A stretch of 53,863 nt of DNA, from contig JBECUL010000010.1 of the NCBI GenBank assembly GCA_040225955.1, forward strand, positions 1 to 53,863, written 5' to 3'. Origin of the DNA: Candidatus Asgardarchaeum abyssi (GTDB taxonomy: Archaea; Asgardarchaeota; Asgardarchaeia; Asgardarchaeales; Asgardarchaeaceae). Below are positions 17,622 to 26,305 of the stretch, in pieces (positions within the stretch are counted from its first letter, which is position 1; every line of letters starts with the position of its first letter). Both the position numbers and the translations under genes were made by a program. The notes beneath the pieces are model-generated. The model was not told the origin of the DNA. It made no database searches and worked only from the letters and a program-made list of their open reading frames with translations.

Positions 17622-18959
17622 TCATGGGTGGTATATGAATTTTGAAATAAAAAATCCTTTTGTTTTATGAATATGCGGGAAAGTTCTTTTGATATACTCA
17701 CTTATTTCGTATTTAGAATATCCATGCTCTCCAATAATATCTGGTGGCGCCAGTTCGATTTTTTTCCCAAATTCGTTTTTAAGCCAAATTATCTGCTCTT
17801 CCCCCTCTTGAGGAAGTATAGAACACGTGCTATAAACAACTATTACATCATTTTTGATATTGTTCAAAATCCCCTTTAGGAGTCTTCTCTGAAGAGTTAT
17901 GAAAGATCTTAGCTTTCTAGGAGTTACACGCCATTTAAAATCAGGGTCTGATTGAAAAACTCCTGTGGAAGAGCAAGGTGCATCGATTAGTACCTTTTCA
18001 ATATCAAGTTTTATCGAGAAAGTCTCAGCATTAGCTATAAACCACGAAACATTAGATACGCCTAATAGGTTTATATTTTCTATAGCTTTTATTGACCGTT
18101 TTAATGAATAATCGGTTGCTATCACAATTCCTGTGTTATTCATTAGTTGCGATATTAGTGTAGTTTTCATAGCAGGCGCAGCGCAAGAGTCCCAGATCGT
18201 CTCTCCAGGGAGAGGATTTAATGCAAAAACTGTAACCATACTTGCTTTATCTTGTATTGTAACCATACCACTCTTAAAAGTTTTAGATAATGAGATAGGA
18301 ACTTTTGAACGTTTAACCATAAGAGCTATAGGATAATCAGTATCTACTTTGACTTCGATACCTTCATTTTTAAGGGATTTTAGTGCACCCTCAACCGTTG
18401 TTTTTAAAGTATTTACACGAATCCAAGTAATACGCTTTTTAGAGGTATAAGAAAGCAGGGCCTCCACTTCAGAATATGGCATCACTTTAAGTAGTTCAGA
18501 AACTATCCATTCTGGATAATAATATTGGTAGCTTAATTTTTTAGTTGTGCTATGTTTTTTTAATGCACGCTCAAGGTTAAAATTCTTTATTTTCTCTTCA
18601 TACGGCTTAATTAAATCATATTGTGATTTATCTTTGATATATTCTGTAAAAGAAGATAGGGTTCTATGCTTAGAAGAACTATCAGAGTACGTCTCCCACT
18701 TTAATAAGAATGTGAGAAGACGCAAAGTATTTTTAAGGGTCGTATTCATATTCTTAAAATTACCTCGCGTTAATTTCAATAAAATAAAATCTATTGTGTT
18801 TATTCTTCTAACTACTTCTACCACATAGTGAAATATTGCTCTACGATTTTCGATGGAAGAGATATTGGATGTTATAGAGTAAAAAATAGTCCTTAAAGGT
18901 TTTCTCGATCTTTCAAAATCATTAAGGATCAATATTGTCTTTTCATAGACATCTTTCAT
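17622..18959 (-). CDS. RsmB/NOP2-family RNA m5C methyltransferase with NusB-like N-terminus
   Basis: RVNTLK, IQDKAS, DSCAAPAMKT, DAPCSSTG, YSTCS, GFFIS. Confidence 0.92.
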   Translation of the reverse strand: MKDVYEKTILILNDFERSRKPLRTIFYSITSNISSIENRRAIFHYVVEVVRRINTIDFILLKLTRGNFKNMNTTLKNTLRLLTFLLKWETYSDSSSKHRTLSSFTEYIKDKSQYDLIKPYEEKIKNFNLERALKKHSTTKKLSYQYYYPEWIVSELLKVMPYSEVEALLSYTSKKRITWIRVNTLKTTVEGALKSLKNEGIEVKVDTDYPIALMVKRSKVPISLSKTFKSGMVTIQDKASMVTVFALNPLPGETIWDSCAAPAMKTTLISQLMNNTGIVIATDYSLKRSIKAIENINLLGVSNVSWFIANAETFSIKLDIEKVLIDAPCSSTGVFQSDPDFKWRVTPRKLRSFITLQRRLLKGILNNIKNDVIVVYSTCSILPQEGEEQIIWLKNEFGKKIELAPPDIIGEHGYSKYEISEYIKRTFPHIHKTKGFFISKFIYHP

Positions 18960-19056
18960 GATTTTTGCATTAATCTATTTTAATATAAAAGTATAGCAAT
19001 CTATTTAAGAATTATTTGAACACTTAACATCAGCTATACTTTAATCATTAAATTAT

Positions 19057-20421
19057 ATGGGTGATAGAAATATGGTTAAGAAGCTTATCGAAGGTGGCAT
19101 AATAATAACTATGGATAAAGATCGTAGGATTATAGAAGATGGATATATAGTCATAGAAGACAAGAAGATCAAGGCTGTGGGAAAATGGAATGATGTAAAA
19201 GATGAAGCAAGTGATGTAGAAGAAAAAATAAGCCTTAAAAAAAGAATCATAATTCCTGGAATTATATGCAGTCATACTCATCTTTACGGAATTCTTCTAA
19301 GAGGCGCACCTCTAAAAATAAAACCACCCACAGACTTTATGCAGATTCTTAAGCGGATATGGTGGTTTGAGGATGAAGCAATGAACTATGATGATGCATA
19401 TGGAAGTGCTTTAGCAGCAAGCTATGAAATGTTAAGAAGCGGTACTACGCTTTTTGCTGACACATATAGTGGACCAAACTCGATAGAAGGTGTTCTAGAC
19501 TATATCGAGAAAGGGGTTAGAGAGGTAGGAATTAGAGGAATATTAGCTTTTGAGTCAACTGAACGACGAAGTGTTGAAGAGGGAGATAGAGGAATAAAAG
19601 AGAATGTGAGGTTCATTAAGAAATTAAGCTCAGCAAATGACAATAAAATATTTGGCATGTATAGCATTCATGCGTCATTTACAGTAAGCGACGAACACAT
19701 TAAAAAAGTGCTAGAATATGCAAAGAAATACCCTGCCCCTATAACTATTCATACTAGCGAGGGATTAGTAGATTTGTATCATAATATAGAAAGATATGGA
19801 AAGAGAACGGTTGAACGATTATACGATGTAGGACTTTTAGGCCCTAATACTGTATTGGCTCACGCAGTTCATGTTAATGACGATGAACTTGAATTGATAA
19901 AAAAGACAGATACTAAAGTTGCACACAACCCTATGAGTAACATGTTAAATGCAGTAGGTGTTTCACCTGTACCTAAAATGCTTAACCTTGGAATCACCAT
20001 CGGTTTAGGAAATGATGGATTCGTATTTGATTCTTTTGAAAATATAAGAACAGCGTTTTTAATACATAAACTTAATTTAAGGGACCCTCGAGCAATGTCG
20101 CCCATGCAAGTATTAGAAATGGCTACAATAAATGGTGCTAAATTATACGGACTCGAAGATAAATTCGGAAGTATAGAAGTAGGAAAGTATGCAGATATAA
20201 CAGTTCTGGACCCAAAGCCTGCGCCTACACCTGTATATGCAGATAGTGCAGTAGGTCATATAGTCTATGGTCTAGGAGCTAAAAGTGTGGATAAGGTATT
20301 CATTGATGGAGAACTTGTAGTTGATAATGGGGAAGTATTAACAGTAACAGCGAAGTATGTTGAAGAGAAACTACAAAAGTCATCTACTGAACTCTGGAGA
20401 CGACTTGGTATTGACATTTAA
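19057..20421 (+). CDS. amidohydrolase-family deaminase (SsnA/MTA-SAH deaminase-like)
   Basis: PG.I.SHTHLY, IHTSEG, LAHAVH, HNPMSN, GLGNDG, GSIEVGKYAD. Confidence 0.9.
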   Translation: MGDRNMVKKLIEGGIIITMDKDRRIIEDGYIVIEDKKIKAVGKWNDVKDEASDVEEKISLKKRIIIPGIICSHTHLYGILLRGAPLKIKPPTDFMQILKRIWWFEDEAMNYDDAYGSALAASYEMLRSGTTLFADTYSGPNSIEGVLDYIEKGVREVGIRGILAFESTERRSVEEGDRGIKENVRFIKKLSSANDNKIFGMYSIHASFTVSDEHIKKVLEYAKKYPAPITIHTSEGLVDLYHNIERYGKRTVERLYDVGLLGPNTVLAHAVHVNDDELELIKKTDTKVAHNPMSNMLNAVGVSPVPKMLNLGITIGLGNDGFVFDSFENIRTAFLIHKLNLRDPRAMSPMQVLEMATINGAKLYGLEDKFGSIEVGKYADITVLDPKPAPTPVYADSAVGHIVYGLGAKSVDKVFIDGELVVDNGEVLTVTAKYVEEKLQKSSTELWRRLGIDI

Positions 20422-20437
20422 AACTATGTTTCAACTC

Positions 20438-21574
20438 TTATCTTTTTCTGTATTTTATTTTTATTATATAGCCACCAATCACAGCTAATATGACCACCAA
20501 TATGGTGATTCCAAGAACTTGGAAAAACGTATATCCGCCCCAAACCCATGGAGATTCTTCATTCAGTGATAACAAAGCGTCTAGTTCGGCTAGAATTAGT
20601 AATGCTAAGGATGTTGCAATAGGGTTGGATTCCATTTCATCGTAATATGTAAAGCCACCATCTGATCTCTGTAAACTAAGAACCCATGATACAATAGCTT
20701 CCTTTTTTCCTGATAGTTCTTCAAACTCTTTGAGCAGAAGAACACCATAATATGTTAAGTAGATATTGTAAATTTCTTTTTCTGCATCTCTATAGAAGAA
20801 TCCAGAATCATTATATAGAGAAATAACCCACGCTTTTAGACTATTAGTATCTATTTCGTCTTCAGCATTGAGTATTCTAAGTGATTTCCAAGCCATATAA
20901 GCTGCGTCAAGTGAAACATCAGTTGAATTTGGGAACATAGCAAATCCACCATAATTACTACTATTTTCATCTAGCAACTGTAAGTTTTTTATCCAATTAA
21001 TTGTTATAGTTTTATTTACAATATCATCAACTGCGTTTAATGAATTTAAAATCATCAATGCCGCGTATGTTGTTGATAAAGAGGACTTGTCACCAGGTGC
21101 CATTGAAAAAGATCCATCTTCATTATAACAGCTATTAACCCATGAAATTAATGCTGTCTTATTAATTAAATCCTCATCCTCTAATTTATTTAGTTTATCT
21201 AGTAGCAAGACTGCATACATACTTGCATAAATATCAACATGATCAGACTCAGGTTCGGAAAACGCCCCATAATTTGGTGATTCTTTATCGCTGATTTGTC
21301 TGTTTTTTAGCCAATCACTCATAATTGTAGTATTTACTTTCTCATCAAAGTCCTCAATCTCAAGAAGACTTAGTGCACTATACGCATAATATGAGACTTT
21401 TATTGACAAGTGTCCTCCTTTAGTAAGGAAGAATGCTCCTTCTTCCTTATCATAATGATTCAAAAGATAATTAACAACGAGGTCCTTTCTGCTAGTGGCC
21501 GATAGTGCTGGAGAAAAAACACTTACCAAGAGGATTGAAAGAATTAATACCATTATAAAGGATTTATTGCTCAA
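20438..21574 (-). CDS. secreted, membrane-anchored prenyltransferase/squalene-cyclase repeat (alpha-alpha toroid) protein
   Basis: Signal peptide (TTG at 21574 after GGAGG), repeated W..SLQ..DGGF...TY.A units, C-terminal TM plus a basic tail. Confidence 0.8.
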   Translation of the reverse strand: MSNKSFIMVLILSILLVSVFSPALSATSRKDLVVNYLLNHYDKEEGAFFLTKGGHLSIKVSYYAYSALSLLEIEDFDEKVNTTIMSDWLKNRQISDKESPNYGAFSEPESDHVDIYASMYAVLLLDKLNKLEDEDLINKTALISWVNSCYNEDGSFSMAPGDKSSLSTTYAALMILNSLNAVDDIVNKTITINWIKNLQLLDENSSNYGGFAMFPNSTDVSLDAAYMAWKSLRILNAEDEIDTNSLKAWVISLYNDSGFFYRDAEKEIYNIYLTYYGVLLLKEFEELSGKKEAIVSWVLSLQRSDGGFTYYDEMESNPIATSLALLILAELDALLSLNEESPWVWGGYTFFQVLGITILVVILAVIGGYIIKIKYRKR

Positions 21575-21644
21575 TGCTTTACCTCCTTTCAGTATTAAAC
21601 AGCATGGTGTGAAATAAAACAAACATAAGTTATAAAATTAGTGG

Positions 21645-21998
21645 TTAATCAGTTTTATCAAAAACGGTATTTAAAATGTTATTAAGAAATTTCTTTGCTT
21701 CCCTCATTGCTATCTGTCCCTTTTCAGTTATAACATAATACTTCCTGTCAGGACGCCCGTCTTCACCTTTTTGCCATTCTGTTGTTACAAGTCCCTCCTT
21801 TTTCAGTTTATATAATACCACATATGATGTAACTGCGGCTGAACTAAAATTGAAGATTTCTTTTATTTTTTTTCTAAGTTCATATCCATACATAGGTCTT
21901 TCTTGTAGTAATCGGAGAACATAGATCCATAAGTTCTCCTTAGTAAGTTTTTCTTTCAATCGTTCAACTGCCGATATCTTTTCACTCACAGCAACCAT
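21645..21998 (-). CDS. PadR-family transcriptional regulator
   Basis: LLQERPMYGYEL, Y.VLYKLKKEGLV, RKYYVITEKG. Confidence 0.92.
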   Translation of the reverse strand: MVAVSEKISAVERLKEKLTKENLWIYVLRLLQERPMYGYELRKKIKEIFNFSSAAVTSYVVLYKLKKEGLVTTEWQKGEDGRPDRKYYVITEKGQIAMREAKKFLNNILNTVFDKTD

Positions 21999-22051
21999 AC
22001 CTCTTGCTATGCGGATTTATTCATATTAATAAGATAATTTCACTTTATAAA

Positions 22052-22085
22052 ATATTCCATCGATGTGGAACATAGAATCGATCTA
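22052..22085. promoter_or_regulatory. candidate operator palindromes between divergent padR and roadblock promoters
   Basis: ATATTCCA-TCGATG-TGGAACAT inverted repeat followed by TAGAATCGATCTA. Both have an ATCGAT core and lie between TATA-like boxes. Confidence 0.4.
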
Positions 22086-22138
22086 AAATTATATCGGAGT
22101 TTTTAAACATAATTAGCAGATCTTATAATGTGATAACA

Positions 22139-23068
22139 ATGCTACAGAAAGATGATTTGCTTGAAGAAATAAATAATATGTGTGAGACCGTACTCAAGGT
22201 TCCAGGAGTTTATAATGCTACGATAATTCAAGTAGATGGTTATCCTTTAGCGACAACAGGTGTTTGGCTAGCCGAAGATGAGGTATTTGATTTAGGCGCA
22301 ATAGTTGCAGCAATAAGCATGGCAGCAAGAAAAATAGAGAGAAAACTTGATTATATTCTCGTTGAAGGAACTGATAGCAAGATAGCAATTTTTAATCTAA
22401 TAAAAGATAAAATAATTTTAGCAACAACTACATCAAAAAATGTTAATCTGGGCGCACTTTTCATACAAGCAAAAAGACTTAAAAAAAGCATTAACCCATT
22501 AGAAAGATACGTAGATCTTCTTGTTAAAATGCCACTTATAGAGTTTAATGAAAGTGAGAAGAGAAGGCTCATTGAAAGAACTAAGACACATAACTTATAT
22601 GATAATAGTTTTATCTCTATAGGGAGACTCTGGATGCAGATTACACCAGCACTGTACGAAGAAATTAGTAGCATTATTAATGAATTTAAGAGAAATTTGA
22701 ATCAGAAGATAGAAGTTTTATTGATAGCAAACAACGCTTTCCAAATATTTCCATTAACAAATACAGAACCATCAGCTAACCCCTTAGCGTTTTCACTATT
22801 TGATATCTCAAGAAAATTATTAAGGGTTTTTAGACAAGAGGATATTGAGCAGTTAATGATATCTTTTAGTACGCAGGATATTTTCATTTACGACTTCTTT
22901 GGTGGAATAATTGTCATTAAGATAATAGACAAGAATTTTAAAATTGGACTTATTCGTCTTTTGGGATTCACACTAAGGAAAAAGCTCTCTACGGTGTTCG
23001 AAAAACATTCTGTTAATATTAAGAAATTAAAACCAGAAATTAATTTAGCGGATATTTTGAGTGATTAA
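22139..23068 (+). CDS. tandem roadblock/LC7 (MglB-like) domain protein
   Basis: First domain VPGV..ATII.VDGYPLA...ILVEG..SKIAI...VNLGAL is canonical roadblock. The second half repeats the alpha-beta-beta-alpha-beta-beta-beta-alpha pattern (FKIGLIRL). Confidence 0.8.
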   Translation: MLQKDDLLEEINNMCETVLKVPGVYNATIIQVDGYPLATTGVWLAEDEVFDLGAIVAAISMAARKIERKLDYILVEGTDSKIAIFNLIKDKIILATTTSKNVNLGALFIQAKRLKKSINPLERYVDLLVKMPLIEFNESEKRRLIERTKTHNLYDNSFISIGRLWMQITPALYEEISSIINEFKRNLNQKIEVLLIANNAFQIFPLTNTEPSANPLAFSLFDISRKLLRVFRQEDIEQLMISFSTQDIFIYDFFGGIIVIKIIDKNFKIGLIRLLGFTLRKKLSTVFEKHSVNIKKLKPEINLADILSD

Positions 23069-23069
23069 T

Positions 23070-23945
23070 ATGCTTTCACCAATCCCATATCTAATGGGTA
23101 TGGGGTTTAGCATTCAAGAGTTAGGAAAAATAATATACTTATTATTCATCAGATCTCCTATTGTTATAATTGGAAAAGATAATGAGAAAAACAAGCAGTC
23201 GGTAAAGGCAATAGTAAAATTAATGCCACATAGGAGAGTATATTACTTTGGAATAGATTTCTTTGAGGAAAATGAAGTTAAAGAGATAATTAACAATGAA
23301 AAACTCGATTATAATGTTCCTAGAGCTATCTTTTGTGCCTTTCCTAATAATAGTAAGATTGCACTCAAAAAATTTAATAACTTTTACAGCTGGGTTTTAG
23401 GGATCATGGATCAAGATTCTATACATGATAATTATATTGACATAGAACACTTTTCAGTAGTAAATGTAGACTCATTAAAGATCACAACTCCAAATAGGAT
23501 TACATCTAGATTAAGCTTTGAAACTCAAATCATTAAGAACTCTATTAAGAAGTCAGAAGAAGTTATAGTTAGATTAAAAAGAGTTTTAGAGAAAAAAATA
23601 TCAAAAAATAAGAACTCTTCGCCATTTCTTAAAGAGTTGCTGGATTTTGATGAGGAAAAAGCTACTATTATTAATGATTTTTACAATGAGGCAATAATGG
23701 AGTTCATGCACGCTGCCAAAAGAGTATTAGCTATATTCTTGAGAATAAAAGCTCTGAAGGATTTGGGAATATATAACTTAACAATTTCCGAGGCAAATAT
23801 TAAGGAGGCTATAAATTATAGATTCGTTTCACTACAAAGAATTTTAGATTTTATATATCATGAGTGGGGTGAGGACTTTAGAAATATCCTAACTAACAAT
23901 AAGAGTGATGTTCTTGGAGACTGGATTGATAGTTTGTGGGGATAA
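23070..23945 (+). CDS. DENN-like (cDENN/dDENN) domain protein
   Basis: IIYLLFIRSPIVIIG...SVKAIVKLMP and SWVLGI resemble the cDENN core. Helical C-terminal lobe. Coupled to the neighbouring genes. Confidence 0.5.
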   Translation: MLSPIPYLMGMGFSIQELGKIIYLLFIRSPIVIIGKDNEKNKQSVKAIVKLMPHRRVYYFGIDFFEENEVKEIINNEKLDYNVPRAIFCAFPNNSKIALKKFNNFYSWVLGIMDQDSIHDNYIDIEHFSVVNVDSLKITTPNRITSRLSFETQIIKNSIKKSEEVIVRLKRVLEKKISKNKNSSPFLKELLDFDEEKATIINDFYNEAIMEFMHAAKRVLAIFLRIKALKDLGIYNLTISEANIKEAINYRFVSLQRILDFIYHEWGEDFRNILTNNKSDVLGDWIDSLWG

Positions 23946-23947
23946 AT

Positions 23948-24514
23948 ATGATTATTGATTGGTACAATCACAAAATTATAGTAAAAATAGTATATTACGG
24001 CCCAGCGATGAGTGGGAAAACAACGACAATTAGGGGAATTTTAAAAAAATTTGGACAAGAGGACGTTTTACAATCACTAGAAACAACAACAGGAAGAACA
24101 TTATTTTTTGATTTTGGCTTCATTACAAAACAAAATGGAGATTGGACTATTATGATTAACTTATGGTCAGCAACAGGACAGGATTACTACATTGCAACAA
24201 GAGAAAGCGTACTTAAGGGCGTTGACGGTGTAATTTTTGTGGCTGATGCTTCTCCAAATAGAATTGAGCATAATAAGCAAAGCTGGGGAGAATTACAAAA
24301 ATTTTTGCTAAATGATATAAGCAATATACCAGTTGTAATAGCATTAAATAAGGTGGATATCAATGGTGCGATAGACGAAAAGACACTCATAAATGCTTTG
24401 AAAATTGATACGAAAAATCATCCTATATTTAAGACTATTGCAAAAGATGGAATGAATATAATGTTGCCATTAAAAGTAATATTGAAAGAAATCTTTAAAC
24501 TTATTAATACATAA
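23948..24514 (+). CDS. MglA-like small GTPase
   Basis: KIVYYGPAMSGKTT (G1), GRTLFFDF (switch I with intrinsic Arg), SATGQ (G3), NKVD (G4), TIAKDG (G5). Confidence 0.9.
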   Translation: MIIDWYNHKIIVKIVYYGPAMSGKTTTIRGILKKFGQEDVLQSLETTTGRTLFFDFGFITKQNGDWTIMINLWSATGQDYYIATRESVLKGVDGVIFVADASPNRIEHNKQSWGELQKFLLNDISNIPVVIALNKVDINGAIDEKTLINALKIDTKNHPIFKTIAKDGMNIMLPLKVILKEIFKLINT

Positions 24515-24546
24515 AATAAAACAGCTAAAACGAAAAATTGAGACTT

Positions 24547-24837
24547 CTAAATAAAACGTTGCCTTCTTAGCTTTCTTTCTTCTTCAGCTCTAATTTTTAC
24601 AATACCACGGTGAACCGCGCAACTTATGCAATAATATTTAACTTCCGTTCTTACTGGTATATACGCGCCTTGCTTACGTAACTCTCTGGCCAACTGAGGA
24701 TCTACCAGTGATACTCTTACAGTAACTTTTTTAGCCTTATCGCGTGGAACTAATCGTCCACATGCACTACATTGTACAGATCCAGGACGACCACTACCAC
24801 CTTTTGCACGACCTCGGCTCTTTCTCTTCTTAGGCAT
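24547..24837 (-). CDS. rps26e: 30S ribosomal protein S26e
   Basis: MPKKRKSRGRAKG...CSACGRLVPRDKAKK...YCISCAVHRGIVKIR. Confidence 0.97.
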   Translation of the reverse strand: MPKKRKSRGRAKGGSGRPGSVQCSACGRLVPRDKAKKVTVRVSLVDPQLARELRKQGAYIPVRTEVKYYCISCAVHRGIVKIRAEEERKLRRQRFI

Positions 24838-25065
24838 TACAAATTCCTCCAGTCAATAAAATTAAGCTTACTAATGTTTCATAGATTACTCTATAAAAAT
24901 CTTATCATAGCTAAAATTATATACAGATCATAATTTATGTTTTTAACCCAGCACCAACAGTTAAATGGTTAATTAATTTATTTTTTACACAAATCACATA
25001 AAGCGATAAATTTATATTACCATTCTTATTGAATAATGTTGAAATACCCACCCCATAATAGAGAA

Positions 25066-25140
25066 AGCGGGGTGGGGTAGCCAGGTTAGCCCGCGGGGCT
25101 CATAACCCCGAGGTCGGTGGTTCAAGTCCACCCCCCGCTA
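25066..25140 (+). tRNA. initiator tRNA-Met(CAT)
   Basis: AGCGGGG...CCCCGCT with A1:U72. Consecutive G:C pairs in the anticodon stem CGGGG-CTCATAA-CCCCG. Confidence 0.96.
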
Positions 25141-25225
25141 TACTTTTATATAATATGACTATATTACTTTATTACAAAAATAAGATGCTATTATTTCCTT
25201 ATTCCTAGCTTAATCTAAAAATGGT

Positions 25226-25310
25226 GCCGGGGTGGCGGAGTGGCTGACGCGGCGGACTGCAGAGGTTTGCAGTAATCCGCTTTACCTGGGTTCAAATCCC
25301 AGCCCCGGCT
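25226..25310 (+). tRNA. tRNA-Cys(GCA) with 12-nt intron at 37/38 (25263-25274)
   Basis: GCCGGGG acceptor, GCGGA-CTGCAG[AGGTTTGCAGTA]A-TCCGC, TTCAAAT T-loop, U73 discriminator. Confidence 0.92.
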
Positions 25311-25498
25311 CTATCTTATTTTCCAAATTGATGTGTCTTAACTTAATTTTCTTACTAAGATGAAAGTTAAAATGATATACAAGAAACATATTTAAGCAAA
25401 AAAAATAACTGTCACTATACTTTTAGTTATTTTGCTGAGACGATTTCAAAATATTTAAATTAAGAGAGGGTCTTATTTAGATTAAGGAGAGAAATGAT

Positions 25499-26122
25499 AT
25501 GCCTAAAGATAAAGAGCTTGATGTAAGGATAAAAAGGCTTGAGAAAAGAGTAGAGGATACTATATGGAAAGCAGCTCTTGTTATCAGTAAAACAATCCAG
25601 AAGGTATATCAAGAAGTCGAATCAGTAAGAGCAGATGTAACAGCATTATCTAACAGAGTTTCTGAAATTGAAAAACGTCTTACAGATATCGAAAAGAAAG
25701 GAACGTCAATACAACCAGCGGTACCCACACAACAACCACAATATTCTCAACCTGCAACAACTTCAGCAACATCAACACCTCAAACGCCTCAAACTAGGCC
25801 AACCCCACCATCAATGTCTCCTCAAGTTTCGCAACCTCAACCTCAATATACTCAGCCCATGGCAACTCAACAACCTACGCAAATGAGACCTGTTCCACCA
25901 GCTGCTACAACAGTATCTCAACCTCAAACAGTATCTCAACCTCAAACAGTATCTCAACCTCAAACAGTATCTCAACCTCAAACAGTATCTCAACCTCAAC
26001 CAGCAGCACAGCCAACGCCTCAAGCAAGGCCAGCTAGTTCCCAAGCGATATCTGGAGTTAACTTACAACAAGAACTCCTTAGCGAGTTAAAATCTCTTTT
26101 CAGACGAAGTAAGGAAGAGTAA
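25499..26122 (+). CDS. coiled-coil / Pro-Gln-Thr-rich linker / C-terminal amphipathic helix protein
   Basis: 207-aa ORF with AAGGAG SD. N-terminal heptads, low-complexity linker, terminal LQQELLSELKSLFRR. Confidence 0.75.
   Translation: MPKDKELDVRIKRLEKRVEDTIWKAALVISKTIQKVYQEVESVRADVTALSNRVSEIEKRLTDIEKKGTSIQPAVPTQQPQYSQPATTSATSTPQTPQTRPTPPSMSPQVSQPQPQYTQPMATQQPTQMRPVPPAATTVSQPQTVSQPQTVSQPQTVSQPQTVSQPQPAAQPTPQARPASSQAISGVNLQQELLSELKSLFRRSKEE
25910..25999 (+). repeat. perfect 18-bp coding tandem repeat x5 (ACAGTATCTCAACCTCAA; TVSQPQ)
   Basis: Five identical in-frame units read directly from the sequence. Confidence 0.95.
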
Positions 26123-26305
26123 CAATATCTTTCTTGTTTGGCTATTTTTCAAAACACTTTAGCTCTGGAAGTTAATAAAAATCATAGATTAAATAACTAC
26201 TTATGAAAAGAAGAAAAATAAATAAATTTCAACTTTTGAAAAGCCAACCTTGAAGTAATTACTTAGTATTTACTTAGAAATATAACGATCTCTGAGGAGA
26301 GAAGG

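Noticed and set aside
20438-24514. Rab-like prenylation system (prenyltransferase acting on the adjacent GTPase)
   Set aside because: The GTPase has no C-terminal Cys/CaaX motif and the prenyltransferase-like protein appears extracellular.
25910-25999. Possible CRISPR array
   Set aside because: Head-to-tail 18-bp repeats without spacers, in frame within a CDS, and no cas genes.
25811-26044. Antisense ORF with LRYCLR repeats resembling a Cys-rich RiPP precursor near the radical SAM gene
   Set aside because: It is simply the reverse reading of the TVSQPQ coding repeat.
26137-26248. Imperfect inverted repeat TTGGCT...TTTCAAAA / TTTTGAAAAGCCAA as a second MITE
   Set aside because: Short, gapped, AT-rich, and no flanking target-site duplication found.
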